Assembly: GCA_002633005.1 (NCBI GenBank)
Contig: NMRA01000574.1
Coordinates: forward strand, 155,030-219,029
DNA: 64,000 bases
Direction of reading: 5' to 3'
From: Phoronis australis
Lineage: Eukaryota; Animalia; Phoronida
In this document: positions 1 through 13,110 of the stretch, piece after piece
Numbering within the stretch: position 1 is the stretch's first letter
How the letters are laid out: each line of letters starts with the position of its first letter
Program-made: the position numbers and the translations under genes
The notes under the pieces: generated by a model
What the model was told of the DNA's origin: nothing
The model's database searches: none
The model's input: the letters and a program-made list of their open reading frames with translations, nothing else

Positions 1-897
1 GAAGAAAATTGGTTAGGAGTGAAAACATGCATACCAATGGCTTTTTGTCATATTCTGAGTCTTTACTAATATTTTACATGCAAGTTAATTGGGTTTTAAA
101 ACTGAGTACTTCTAGTAAGTAAAATGACCAAAAATTTGATCAAGATTTCATGGTACTTTCAATCTGAAAGCGAAAGCAGTGTTTTGGTTGGAGTTAAAGG
201 ACGAGTTAAACAAAATGAATGGGAGATTCTCTTTGCAGTTTCATCTTTCTAAAGACAAAACAAAAATGACCTAACGTATGCTGCTTTCAACACCCAAGAA
301 GCAAGAATTCTGCAGACTCCAATGCATAGTTCCTTTGGAACAGATTGCTTTTAAACTGCAGATTCTTGGTAGTCAACAAATTCATTCAAGAATTCTTGAT
401 GTGACATATTACTTTATAAGCATATCTGACAAGCTGATGTATCATTCCCAGTTATCTACTCATTTGTCATGTATTTTGGCTCATGTACCACACACTAAGT
501 GTACGGTAAAAATTTTCAATTTGGGGCAGTGAAAAAAAAAATTATTGTTTTGCTCAAGGACAGAGCTTGTCCCAAATAGGCAATATTAGCCGTCCCAAAT
601 TCAAGGATCACCAGAAAGATGGCAAAAATTACTCACTCTGCACACTGAAAACACATTGTTTGAAATTTAAAAAATTTGACAAACGCCAAAATCGCCCTTG
701 TCCCATATTCCAAAATGAAGAAAGTTCAGTTTTGCGAGAATTCTAGAATCCCAAATTCTAGAGACTGTACCAAATTGGAGAATCTTTATCATATACTGTA
801 TCATTTTACAAGACCAAGTTAAATGTTCCAAGACTTGGCGTGAATGCTAAATTCTAACTAAGCTACAAGACAACTCAATGAAGACAGACCAGCTCAC

Positions 898-1356
898 CTG
901 TAGGTAACATTCCCTGATAACTGACTACATGCACCAACAGGTATGGGGAGCGGCACGGCCTTCCTGGTCAGTCCATCAGTCTTGTCCTCTCCCCTACTCA
1001 ATAGAACTGGCACAAGCTCTGGAGGTACCGTTTTTTCAGGCGAGGGGGACACCTCACCGTTCCTCTGTGGGGTTGCCAGCACTGCCAATCTGTTGATTTT
1101 CTCCGCCTTCAGCTTGGCTCGCATGTCCAACAGCAACTTATGCACAGAGTCACTTGTCGTGATGCCGTCATTGACGACCGTTTCAATGACCTCGAGAAGG
1201 CCGCAATTCAACATGGCCTCCTTGTTAGCACGGCTGTTGTTGGCCAAGTTTTTGAAAGCTTTCACAGAGGCCTGGACAAACTTCTCACTGTCAGTCTTCG
1301 ACAGCCTCTCAGCAATGACAGGAATGATTCCCTCTTTTCTGAGCATATCTCGCAGT
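898..1356 (-). CDS. TDRD12: TDRD12 exon, ARM repeats and linker (EGIIPVI...KNLANNSRANKEAMLNCG); gene continues left of the window
   Basis: ttcag acceptor, AG|gtgagc donor, open frame. Confidence 0.8.
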
Positions 1357-1752
1357 CTGAAGATAGAAATAAGGACATTATACAAGACAGAACAAGGCCA
1401 GTAACTAAACAAGGAATACTTGATCTTCCAAATCTGATGCCAACAGTCAAAACTCAGTAAGACAATGCTTTCCACTTCTTCAATACCTAAACAAATCCTA
1501 GATAAATACCACTGTGGGTCAGTCGCAAATTCATCCTGAATCTTCAAAGCTAATAATGCAGTAACATATGTCAACTAAGTAAAATATGTTACAAAAACTC
1601 ATCCTGTTGAGAACATCAGCCATGTCTACCCTCGCTCAAATCTCTCGTTCAGTCATCAGAAGGCAAGGACAAATTCCTCCATCACCCGTTTCCACTGAGT
1701 TTCACTAGCACCCAACAGAGACAACAGCATACATTACCCCATCTACACTTAC

Positions 1753-2007
1753 TCCATGTACGAAGCCATCGTTCCAATAATCGTCGTCGCACCTGTTAGC
1801 ACCGCGTCATTGCCTGTGGACTCAATCACTGTCCGCAGACACTGTATGCCATCACTGAACTTAACCGCTTGACAATTGGGAAGACACTCAGCAGTCAAGG
1901 CTGCCAAAGCCCAGATGACCTCATCTGCTACACGGTCACTAACGGACGACTTGAGTAGGGTGCACAGAATGTCCACTCCTCCTTCCGTGCGGATGGCTGA
2001 GCGCATT
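1753..2007 (-). CDS. TDRD12: TDRD12 exon, ARM repeats (EGGVDILCTLL...WALAAL)
   Basis: Clear armadillo consensus; ttag/gtaagt sites. Confidence 0.8.
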
Positions 2008-2569
2008 CTAAGAAATTGCAAGACTGATCAGGCTCACTCAAGTTGATGACTGGTAAGTTGAGAAAAAAGTATGCACGATTACTCTAAATTTCCACTAGCT
2101 CACTTTCAGAGAAAAAAATAATTATTTCATACTTCAGAAATCTAATAAATAATCTATCTAGACAGAAATTCCATCGGATCCTAATCTCTGACATCGTGCA
2201 TGATATAAATTGTTATTTAAAGTATTCTGTATAGAAAGCAAAATTTTTCTCAATCTGATGTTATTCTAAGCTACTTAAATGATCATTTATATTTATCAGC
2301 TACAATTTTTCAAGGTCAGCCAGATTTCTCAGAATACATTTTACGATAATTTAACACTATAATCAACATCACAATATTATGCAATGAAGCACAACTCTTA
2401 GTATCATCAAAACAATAATTTAACAGTCAAATAAAACTACTTTCATCATTTCACAAAACTACTGTCTTGAAAGAGAGGGAACCAACTGTAAATCATGGTC
2501 ACTGATGGCAATGTATTTCCAATGGTAAATACCTATCATTGAGGGCAATGTATTTCAAATGGTAAATAC

Positions 2570-2634
2570 CTGTCATTGAGGGCAATGTATTTCAAAGCCC
2601 AGGAAAAACATGAGATCATGTTGGGGTCTTCTGT
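2570..2634 (-). CDS. TDRD12: TDRD12 exon, ARM helix 3 (TEDPNMISCFSWALKYIALND)
   Basis: ttgcag acceptor; WAL motif; bridges phase 0 to 2. Confidence 0.75.
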
Positions 2635-2997
2635 CTGCAAAGGTATTCAAAAATTCATTTAATCCTGACTTTGTTACAAAAAGAAAGTGAACGATATAGT
2701 TAGGTCACTTGTACCTCAAACAAACATATCAACAAATTATAAGAATGAAGTATAAACACAAGAACTGCTCAAGGTTACCTAGGACCATAGCAAAATACCA
2801 TAGCAAAATGCCCAGAAACATATCTCGGAGATGGCTGATCGGATTCATGTTAAACTTTCAGATACACTGCTTAACGCACTGTTCTGTAAAAGACTTTTAA
2901 GTATTTAATTGTGTTGTTATAAGTCAGTGCGTAGATATCACATAAACAAGAATTATTAGTCTCCATGCTATTAAATTTGTATTTCAGTACTCCACCA

Positions 2998-3075
2998 GAG
3001 GTCCCGATGGCTCAGTGGACTAGAGTATATGCACGGTTAGCAGAAAGTCCTGGGTTTGAACCCCGGTCAGAGTAG
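2998..3075 (+). mobile_element. tRNA-derived SINE head or tRNA pseudogene
   Basis: A box TGGCTCAGTGG and B box GGTTTGAACCC at tRNA-like spacing; no clean cloverleaf. Confidence 0.55.
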
Positions 3076-3804
3076 AGACTTAAGTATGGGTCAGGTGATG
3101 TGACCAACATACGGCATGTATGAAGATTAATAATTCTTGCTTGTATGCTGTTAAGTATTGTTTTTGAAATTTTCTACTTTTGTATGATTGACAATCAAAA
3201 TGGGGCTTTAATCAGGTTGCATAAATGAAAAACGAAAATATAACTTAGCAAATTGTAATAACATTTTTGAAGTTTCATCTAGAGCACTTATGTCCAATGA
3301 AATTAGTCATGTTATTGATAACGCGATTTTGCTATGAATGCACCTTTAGTTTTGATAAATTTTACTAGAAAGACAAGTTCATATGACCCAACAGATGACA
3401 GATATAAAGTCAAAAATAAAATACATTCTGCTGGATTTCTTCTTACAGAAAATAAATTATGCTTTTACAAACTAGTTAAAATATATAGTTTTATAGACAT
3501 TTGGCTAAATTCACACATTTGTCAATATGGTCCTACATAACCTCAAGTTCACATTCATTTCCATTTTGATGGCTTCAAGGACAAACAAAATTCAAAATCT
3601 AAAAAATTTTTTGAATGAATACGAACACAAACATCAAACAAAAGTGCAGACAAAATGACCCAGATGTCCTCATCAAGACGGCAGAGCATAAACAGAGTTC
3701 ACCGTCATCACGCCGAGTGAAATCGAAATTCATCGTCAGAGAAGCTGAAATGGCGATTCCTTGCCCACCAAAACGGAGAAACGTAATTTAACACAATGAA
3801 GTAC

Positions 3805-3994
3805 CTCTTTTAAACATTCACACAGAGTCTTTATACCATCCATCTTGTGTATTTCATCACAGTTCCTCACGTTGTTGATGGACATATAGATGAGTGAAAA
3901 CACCAGCTGCTCCAGCACGGCGTAATTCTCCTCCTGGTTTATCTGCTCACAGAGGGCAGTAACGCAGCCAGCAACACGCATCTCGTCTTTAAAA
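3805..3994 (-). CDS. TDRD12: TDRD12 exon, ARM repeats (FKDEMRVAGCVTALC...DGIKTLCECLKE)
   Basis: Armadillo G-x-x-x-L periodicity; phase fits. Confidence 0.75.
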
Positions 3995-4424
3995 CTGTTC
4001 GATGGAACGTGTTACAAGTTACAGAACAATAACATTTGTAAGAATCAAAATAAAGCTTCTTTGATCGCAGTATGCTTTGATGTCTTCACAAAAAAGTTTT
4101 GAAGTCAAACATGAAGGAAAAGAGGGGCAACGCCGTACATTAAAACACCGACAGGAATTAATGAGGAAGTCGTCTAGTGTGGATAGATGTACTTCTAGTG
4201 CACGTCATATTAAAACTGTTGATAGCCTGATGGGCTTCTGAATGACCAGATGCCCAGTTGATCTCTTCATGATTGTCTGCCGACTGCCATCGTGGCATAT
4301 CATCCCTTTCGTGTCGTTACTCCCCATCTGATAAAACATCGTCTATCATTTCTGGCCAAATGGATGTACCTCATTTCACGAGACCAACCAAACAGACATT
4401 TGACCACGCCACAGGCATACTTAC

Positions 4425-4579
4425 TTAGTACTCTTGACAACAATGCTGAGTACAACCTTGGCCACCTCAAGTCGCTTCTCCACTGCCTGAGTCTGTCTCA
4501 TGAAGGCACACAGGTCAGGAATCTTCTGGTAAGGATAGTCGTAATGCTTCCTGGTCTCCACAGCCTCTGGAAATACGTC
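4425..4579 (-). CDS. TDRD12: TDRD12 exon, linker into ARM region (DVFPEAVE...VVKST)
   Basis: ccag/gtaagt sites, open frame, phase 0 to 2. Confidence 0.75.
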
Positions 4580-4983
4580 CTGGAACACAGGACCAGGCGC
4601 TGTTTAGAATGGTCTACTTCACACCAATTATGTCAAAAGAGCAAAATCGCAAATGAACACTTAACGACGTAAAACGTAACTAGACAAACATGTTGTTCTA
4701 GCTTATTGATACTGTCTTAAGAGTATTTGCCTCTACTGTAACATGAGTAGCAAGGCATATGGTACATCAATAAACGCTTTCAGACTAAAATTCATTAGAT
4801 CATGTGATGTAGCCAACAGGTGGCATCTCCACCAAATGTGCAATTAATAAAACAGCAAGCAATTGGAAGGCATAGTACAGTCGACAGTAAAAAAAATATA
4901 ACACACTCTACCACAAGTCATACCCAAAATAAGGATGGACTAAGATATGACAATCGCATAGCCGGACATTCAGCTAACCATAC

Positions 4984-5213
4984 CTCGTCACATTCTGGTA
5001 CATATCGAGCATGCCCAGACTGAATGAGTTCCTTACGGATGTTTACATCCTCTGTGCCCGTTGTGTCGAACAAGTCAACATAGAACCTCTGTATCCCTGC
5101 GTAGAGTGATCCCGTCTTCTTCGCTACCTTAGCCATCAGCCACTTCTGGAAGTCATCTTGGCCACGAGTCAGCTCCCATAATGCATCACCGTCAGCCTCT
5201 GACCAGCTGCCCT
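4984..5213 (-). CDS. TDRD12: TDRD12 exon, end of Tudor-3 (WSEADGD...VNIRKELIQSGHA)
   Basis: SN-like C-terminal part of extended Tudor; AG/GT ends. Confidence 0.85.
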
Positions 5214-5260
5214 CTAGAACAATAACAAGGTAAAATTCATTCCTCATCCATACTGTGGTA

Positions 5261-5361
5261 ATGGTCCGATATAATGCGCCCAAATTTTGAGAACCGGTTT
5301 TCTCCAATGAATAACAGGCATCAAACTGGTTCTCAAAATAAGGATACGTTATATCAGACTA
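5261..5361. mobile_element. Small hairpin MITE family; related copies near 38580-38680 and 51745-51820
   Basis: Inverted ttttgagaacc...ggttctcaaaa core inside atggtccgatataa/ttatatcagactat ends. Confidence 0.5.
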
Positions 5362-5457
5362 TTGTCAATACAGCAACAAGTAGTTGTGAAACTTGTGATA
5401 AATGGACCTATGGCTTTGCAGTTAATCAGCTCCCTGTGTCGAAACTGATCAGCTTAC

Positions 5458-5630
5458 CTGGTGAGGTGACATTTGCCAACGAGCATTCAATCGCCTGGAA
5501 TGGGAAGTCATGATACTGAGCAGGGAGGGCGCAGACACTGTCTCGGGAGACCGGCTCGTAGTCACCGTAGTCAACGAAGAACACTTGGACCTGGTCGTCA
5601 CGGTGACTCATCACCTGGGCTCTGTACCAC
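5458..5630 (-). CDS. TDRD12: TDRD12 exon, Tudor-3 (WYRAQV...FFVDYGD...PFQAIECSL)
   Basis: Canonical Tudor motifs. Confidence 0.92.
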
Positions 5631-6171
5631 CTGTAATGTCCGTGAAATCAATGAGCAACTAGCAGAACACTCAGATACTCAAAACAAATAATGCCAAATT
5701 TTTAAGTAAAAAACAAACAAGAGTCATTTACAGGCAATAATTGCTATTTCGCATTCTTCGCAACATCAAACTTAAAGAGAAAACACGAGAACATGTTGAG
5801 AGTGACAAAGAGTAATTCTGTACCGTCATGGTGTCATAATAAATGACCTTTTAATTGGTCTCTTCACAGTCTCCTTTTCATCTCTGGAAACGGAGCTTGC
5901 AACACACCTATCATTTTCGGGACATATGCTGAACATAATGAGTTTGTCCGAGCCACATGGAACAGCTTCAGTTAGTTGTGTCTGCCTTAATATAATCCCT
6001 CTGTGCAATACACCAACTAAAGCCAATTATAGTCAACCAGTCTTTCACACTGCACTGAATGTCAATAGTATGATCCAACATCATAATCAGGGGTTTAACA
6101 ATGGACTAACACTAGGGCGCACTTAAAGCTTCTTTATTACACAAATACAACAGAGACCAAGAAGGGTACCT

Positions 6172-7961
6172 GTGCCCAGCTGCATGAAACACTCCCTAAT
6201 AGGGACTCGACTAAGGTCCCTAAATCTACTGTGCATTTGTGGACTTGTGAAAACATTGATTACCCTTTCTTGTATTGTTTTAGTTTCGTTACTTAGTCAG
6301 CTTTTGGCTTTGATACAAACTGAGAGTGAACTCTACGTCGAATTTTCAATATTATTGAAAATGAGTAGGATCTTTTCATGCAACACCCCCAATTTAAGGA
6401 CTGAATCCCTATTTATTTTCAATGAATTCAGGGCCCATTTTTAATTTTATTACCATAAACTCATGGGTTAACACCTTGGGCACTTAAATTGGGAAACCCT
6501 GCGACAGGGGGTGGGCGATTACCCAAGTTGTGGACGCTTAAAACGAAAAATTGGCAAAAAGTAGGGGGTGGGCGATTACCCAAGCAGTGACCGCTTACGT
6601 CCAAGTTTTAGCCGAACTGGGCAAGCTCACGGGTTGTTCATTCGAGAACAGAACTTGTAAGTTTGGTCAAACAGCGGGACCAGACAACCACAAAATTTCT
6701 CACGGCTCAAACAGAAACATGATTTCGACTTTGAAAGGGTGACTTCGCGAGAACGTTGTTAAAAAGTCTGATGTTTTCAAATGTATTAGCATGTTGCAAA
6801 ATGTCATACCACAGGGTTTTATGAAACTCGAATGTCAGTCCACTTACCGTATCAGCAAGCACTGTTTCCAGCGCCATTGTATTGTTAGTGTTGTTCGGAT
6901 GATTCTGTTTAGATGGAGCCTTTTCGGTCCCGTCTCGTTGTTAATGTCGTCTGCGTATTAAACCCAATAAAATTTCCATTCACTGTTTAGTTTATCTGGT
7001 GCTGGATTAAAAACACGGACTATTCGTTCCTGGCCGACACAAACCGTTTGCAATTACAACGGAAGTGGGTGAGGTGTGAGTAATTGTTCAGTTCAAATCT
7101 GTGTTGACCCAGGAAATAAATCTATCAAAATCACGTGGTCTGTGCGTGCAATTATGAGAGGGGGTTAGATTAATTAGTCAATTCAGATATGGGTAAAAAA
7201 TCTAGAAAAATCAAGTGTTCCGTCTGAAAATACATGGCCATGTTTCTAAGTTTTACCTGTTCTCGCCAAACACTCAAAAAATTTGATCTACTGAACTCGA
7301 AAAAGCATCGGAAAAGCATCGGAAATGGTGTCTGATATGAAAAAATTTAGACTAGGTAATTCGAAAACTTGTCACCTAGACAACCTATGGCGGTGACGAC
7401 CAAGACGCCTAATCTCGTAGTAGACTAGCGTTACATGTATAAAAATCTATGTAGTAGGCCAATATTAATTTAACAAAAGATCAGTTGATAAGTTTAAAAA
7501 AAGTGGTTTCAGCACTTGAGCTATTCCACAAACGCCGTCTGAAAAACATACTTTTCGAAGCAATTGCCCGCAAGTGTAAGCATGCCATGTTTCTACACGG
7601 AAGTCTGAGCCCAAGGCGAAGCTGTGAGCAAAAAACATGAGTTCAAGTGCAAGTTCTATAAGCGATAAGTTGGGGATGGGCGATTACCCGAGAGGTTGAT
7701 GCTTACGTGGAAATTAGCACAAAGTAGGGGACGGGCGATTACCCAAGCAGAGGGCGCTTAAACCAAAAATTGACCAAAAGTCGGGGATGGGCGTTAACAC
7801 GTGAGTTTATGGTATTAGAAAATGTCATTAATTAAAGAGCCCATAATAAGATAAAATGATAGAAAAATATTGCAGCTGTGAGTACATAGATATGAAAATG
7901 CAAAAAAACTTAAGGACCTTAGTTGAGTCCCTATTAAGGACTGTTTCATGCAACTGGGCAC
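6172..7961. mobile_element. MITE with ~50-bp TIRs, interrupted by a nested element
   Basis: gtgcccagctgcatgaaac...gactaaggtcc is mirrored by ggaccttagttgagtccctatt...tttcatgcaactgggcac. Confidence 0.75.
6451..7814. mobile_element. Non-autonomous Tc1/mariner-type (TA-flanked) element nested in the MITE
   Basis: TIRs taccataaactca / tgagtttatggta; repeated subterminal gggcgattaccc motif at both ends. Confidence 0.7.
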
Positions 7962-8200
7962 CGGGGACCACAAACTGCCCCCTGGATTCGTGTATTGAAT
8001 CTAAAAGACTAAGGACGACAATACAAATTTATATCAAGTTCCGAAGAAATTACCATTAGGTGATTATATATCATGAAAGGATATAGACATCACACAGGAC
8101 TAATTGTGAGTTAGGTAATAACAGAATAAATGAAAGCTTTAAGCTATGGGTCAGAGATCTTCAGAGTTAAAATGAATTTGACTTAATTTGATAAAATTAC

Positions 8201-8308
8201 CGGTCATCTACAGGGAATTTGGCAAGACACAGCTGTCCCGTCACGTAGCTAACTTGAGCAGTCGTGTCGACGACATTACTATTGATTTCATCCATCATTT
8301 CTTCCAAC
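8201..8308 (-). CDS. TDRD12: TDRD12 exon, Tudor-3 (GQLCLAKFPVDDR)
   Basis: Tudor core pattern. Confidence 0.9.
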
Positions 8309-9408
8309 CTACAACAAAGCGCCAATTACATGAAGACAAAACCCTCCATAAGTTTACACTTTTTGCAAGTGATACTTAGCAAAGTTTGATATTTTTCTCT
8401 AAGTTTGAACCCTATGGCTCCTTTCCTAACCATTGATACTAAGGAGTACAGTAAATCGAAAAGTCTTGAGAGTTGTTGCGTCAGTCACATTTTCCAACAT
8501 TGATTAACAAGCATAAAAAACATTTTGTCTCTGGTTAACCATTGCTGTGCAAGCTTGACTAAAATTGCTCTTCAGAATCATAATTCAAGCTGAATGGAGA
8601 TCGAAATAAACAATTCCATGGCTTGTTCATGCATAAGAACATGGCTCGTGCTGTAAACTCAAGCATAAACACGTCTGCCACATCACTAGATAACCTTGGT
8701 GAGGAGCCTTGAATAACACAGGCCCCAAAAAGATTGAATAATATTAACCAAGATTTAATAATATTGACCAAGCTTGAATAATACTGACCACGCTTAAAGG
8801 AGTATGCCACCCGATTTAATTAGTCTTTTTTACAGTGTCTTAATTGGTCTATATCCACATCACCTCGTATAGAGTCGATGTTACCTCACCGAGAGGTGTC
8901 GCGTTAACCTGTGAAGGTGAGCAACACAGCAGTGATGTCAGTGGTTCCTCTTCAGAGTGAGTGCCGCTATGGTGTGGGGTATTATTCCCGCTTGTCACAA
9001 CGCTGCTATTCTTACTATTCCTAAAAGATCTGTTTAAAGCTATATGGAATGCTGCTTCGGTGGGTCAAAAATGGCCAATTTCGAAGTAAAAAGTATGCAT
9101 GAAGCACACTGTGAGCACAGGAAAACAAAATTAGTGTTAACTTGCCTAATTTACAATCTACAACTGTTGAAATTGTGTGAAATAGAATGTCCCAAGGTAA
9201 TGGTCATTTTACCTAAACAGTGCTCAAAATTAATCTAATAAAAAGTTTACATGACACGATTGTGGGGGGCGTAGTAACATGAGTTAGAGCAGATAACATT
9301 TTTCATACATGCACCTTTTTGAAATGGCGGTATGAATTTAACTTTGTGACGTCACATTTATATTGACTAATGTAAGATAAGCTAGTACCAAAACCACAGT
9401 ATACTCAC

Positions 9409-9632
9409 GCTGTGCTCAGTTCTCTTGTCTGGACAAAGAACAGTTCAGGTGATGTCACTGCTGACACATAAACTGAGTGGAAGTCTTTGTTCTCCGCCAG
9501 TATTGCAAAGTCGTGTTCACCCTGTGTGTCAGCCAACTCGAGCTGACCTCCACTGTTGTCAGCCTCTTCTTTTTCTGGGACCTCCGGGAGGTCAATTTTT
9601 CCCTGGCAGGCAGCTTTCAGTAAATCTATGTG
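9409..9632 (-). CDS. TDRD12: TDRD12 exon, Tudor-3 start (HIDLL...VYVSAVTSPELFFVQ)
   Basis: Extended-Tudor SP-x-x-F-x-VQ motif; cag/gtgagt sites. Confidence 0.9.
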
Positions 9633-9951
9633 CTGTAAATAAATTGGGACGCAAAATTGTTCAATATGAAGAAATAATAATCTCTTAGCGACATTGAGAT
9701 TTCATAAGCAGAATATTCTGAGGTCATCTTTTGCTATCTCAGTAACTATGGAAGTTTAATCTTTGCCTTGTTGGGCTTTATACGCAGCAAGAAAAGTGTC
9801 GTTACAACAAAACGATCCAGACCCACATTAACACAGCAGTTCTCGCATTTAAAATCATGAGCTCAATCCAAAGCTTTCAATTACAAAATTCTAATAAGCG
9901 TCACTCTTGAGTTGGCCAACAGGTGGAGCAGCACATAGCCCTAGTTCCCAC

Positions 9952-10081
9952 CTCTTTATTGTCCAGTGCCAGTCCATTCCTCAGCAGTTCCCGTCGGACA
10001 TTAAATTTATTGGTGATAATCCTCACATACTTGTATCGGACCCTCTCCACCAGGGGGTCCAGCCAGAGGCAACCACCGAGA
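9952..10081 (-). CDS. TDRD12: TDRD12 exon (SLGGCLWLDPLV...NVRRELLRNGLA)
   Basis: LW-x-DP segment typical of TDRD12. Confidence 0.9.
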
Positions 10082-10969
10082 CTGAAAAGCATAAGGAAAA
10101 CGAAATGGTAAGTTCAAATATGCTCATCGTTGGACAAAATCAGAATCCCCACTCTCATCACTCAAACAACAGACCACAGGAAAAGGCAACGAACACGACA
10201 CTTCATAAAAAAGAAATGAAGAGTTTCGTAGCAGAGCAAGATAACCGCCAAATTTGAATGTGCCCAGCCATTACAAGTTTAACTCATTTAGTGGCCTTTC
10301 AGAGGAGAGAGCAGTGCTGAAAATCAGATAAGACCTTTTTTCGATTGTTTTAACAGTTAAAACTAGTCCAGGTAGCCATTGTCCTCAATCACAACATGCA
10401 TGCTAATTATCTACCAGGCTTTTAAAGAGTTACCTAAAACCAAGCATTCAATGGAGGGCAGCCAAATTGTAATGTCTTACGGACATTTGGGCAATTATCA
10501 AACAAAATGCCTAGTTTGGAGTCAGAAACGATACAGTGAAGTTACTCAGCAGGACAGACGTTCATCGACACAACTGGGAAAGCTAACTTGTTCTAATCCT
10601 GTTGAACTTAACAGGAAACAGTCAAGGAGAGAAAGTTGCAATGGCGCACATACCACTTTGTAAAAAGATGGAGCACGTTTTGGGGCATGTGTTACTGTTG
10701 GATACCTACCATCTACAACTTGTGATGTCACAGCAGCCTATTCGACAATAAACGTTTAGTGAGATACAGTCGTTTTTCTTTTTACAGAAATGGTGAAATT
10801 AAACACAGCTTACCAAAGTTTCATAACAACTTCAAAGCTGAGAATTTTCTGAATAATGTTAACTCAAGCATTGCTCAATTTTTGATGACTACGGTACTCA
10901 GTCTTCTACCAGAAACTACAATAACTTGAGCATCAAGGTCATAAATTACGGTTGATGACCTTTAATCAC

Positions 10970-11094
10970 CTGAGAACTATTTTTCCGTCCATGTCCTTGC
11001 CAGATATGAGGTCAAACACAAACTTGTCGGCACGTGGCGTCCACTCAGGGTCAAGGTCCATTGGCTTGACACGGCAGATGAACACTTGAACAGC
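10970..11094 (-). CDS. TDRD12: TDRD12 exon (AVQVFICRVKPMDLDPEW...GKIVL)
   Basis: CRVKP-x-D-x-x-x-EW segment characteristic of TDRD12. Confidence 0.9.
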
Positions 11095-11904
11095 CTGGTG
11101 GATTAAAGAAAACTCATACCCACAAAGGAAAAAATTACCTTCACTACAAAGTTCTAGAATAGCAAGACACTCAGTACCAATGTAGACAATTTCTGCTCAC
11201 TTCAACTATGATTTGACATCCAGACTTTTGAATCTCGTGACAAGCAGGCTGAACCAGTCAACCAAAATCCAATCAGGCTCCTTTAATGTAGCCACATTTA
11301 AACTGCAATTCTCCAACCAGTAAGATGCAGCTCCAAATCTTATCATTCGAGCTATGCCAACAGGCTTTTCTCCCTGAATTCTTTAGACCAAAGCAACTTT
11401 AAATTAGTTAACTGATGAGGTAAGTTAGTGGTCTTCTTGCATCTGATCAATGTCACTCGTCACTCATCACTCAGAATCTCACAGATTCACTGCTTACAAT
11501 ACTAAGTATCATACGAAATAAGTGTAAGTACAGTCGTTACTTACAAAAAGAACCTATTGATACTATCAATAATAACACTGAAGTATGACAATTAAGTGAC
11601 ATCTTCTTCAATACAAATAAAATATTAAATATTCCAGTGTTATTTTTCATCATCAATAGAGAATCCTACACGAGTCTAAGGTTTATGACATGAGCAAAAC
11701 CTCTTGGAAATTTTGTCAAAATCCCGAGGCTTGTACTTTTTTGTGATTCGCCCATGTAATACCAAAAAATTACGTACTCAGTGCTATCAACCAGTCGTAT
11801 CGTAACACATTCCAGGTCATGTGAGAAACACTGATATTGCACCAGTGTAATGGTAAACAGTCCGATCAAATTCTTAAGTCTGAAAACTTAAGTTACATAC
11901 TTAC

Positions 11905-11994
11905 CTGGTATGGTATGCTGACAAAAGTGTTGGGCAATATATATAGGCGGGACAGCTCAACCACTTCAGATCTACCCAAATCCACGAAGGAGAC
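11905..11994 (-). CDS. TDRD12: TDRD12 exon, Tudor-2 (VSFVDLGRSE...IPYQ)
   Basis: FVDxG motif; ttcag/gtaagt sites. Confidence 0.9.
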
Positions 11995-12399
11995 CTGAAA
12001 CGATCACAATAATACCAATCCATAATACTTATAAATATTATCACAGCATTGTGCTCTTGAGGGCCAAAAGTCAAAAGCATATTTAACACTTAAAGCACTA
12101 GCTGAAAATCCATAATTGCTGAGTTTAAAATTAAACAAAATAACCAGACTACCAGAAGTACCAGAACCCTAATCAAATGGTTCGTTCACTACTTGCACGA
12201 ATTCGCCATGTTTGAAAATGATGTCCAAACTAAAACGGTTTTGCATGTTTGGAACACTCGCGATTTCACGTACGCATTGTTAAAACTGATGCTAAAATGA
12301 CGCATAGTGTCATAAACAACAATGGACAATTATCATTTTTGCAGTGCCACCAAAGTGTGCAAGTAGTGAATAATTAACTACATACAATAAAGCCATCAC

Positions 12400-12512
12400 C
12401 TCAAGTTTGTCGGAATAATTCTTGCCATCGTCCAAAACCTTGACCACTTGAACTCTGTGAAACGTTCCTGATCTTGCCTCATAAGCACACAAGTCACCGA
12501 CAACAGGTGGCG
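12400..12512 (-). CDS. TDRD12: TDRD12 exon, Tudor-2 (GDLCAYEARSGTFHRVQV)
   Basis: Tudor core pattern. Confidence 0.85.
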
Positions 12513-12808
12513 CTAGAGAACACATCAGAAAAAATTTAGCACACCTAAACAACCATGCTATTTAATTTGAGGGCTATATAAAAAGGTATAACGAAACCAA
12601 ACTGGGAATCAATCTTCAAAAAAATTCAATATCTTGTCGAGTGAGTAAAAAATTTGTTTGCATGTATTGTATAAATTGCAAGTTAACACTTCTTAATACG
12701 TGTACAAACAATATCAAGTCGCCATTTTAACAAAAAGACAGATAATAATTGGCTACAGACATCACAAATATGCATCCTGCACAAGGTGGCGCTGCATGTC
12801 TAACATAC

Positions 12809-12977
12809 TTCCACACGCATACAGTCGTTTGTTCGTCTGCTTTCCAAAGTGAAGCTTCATGTCAAAGTCGAGTTGAGCAAACTGTACATTCAGTCGATGA
12901 GTTTCGCCCTCCAAATCCCGATGTTCTTGCAGACGAACAAAGTAACAGGAAGCAGTTGCAACGTGGGTAATCAGCAC
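12809..12977 (-). CDS. TDRD12: TDRD12 exon, Tudor-2 start (VLITHVATASCYFVRL)
   Basis: Extended-Tudor first strands; donor chosen by phase fit. Confidence 0.8.
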
Positions 12978-13110
12978 CTGTGATGACAACAAAGAAGCTG
13001 TCATTTGGGTTAACACTAATACAACAACTGGAGTATTTTTGGACTGCAGTTTCACTAGTGCCAACTAGTGAACTTTGAGCTTCGCACAGAAAAGACTTTT
13101 CTAACCATCA

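Noticed and set aside
637-644. Possible 8-nt TDRD12 microexon (ttttcag|TGTGCAGA|gtgagt on minus)
   Set aside because: It lies in a stretch resembling a repeat also seen near 23030-23340, and no downstream exon is available to test phase.
943-1460. Plus-strand ORFs of 153 and 106 aa
   Set aside because: Antisense shadows of the ARM exon.
2998-3075. Functional tRNA gene
   Set aside because: A and B boxes are present but the acceptor and anticodon stems do not pair cleanly.
8793-9280. Possible Kolobok-like element starting ttaaaggag
   Set aside because: No convincing matching right end.
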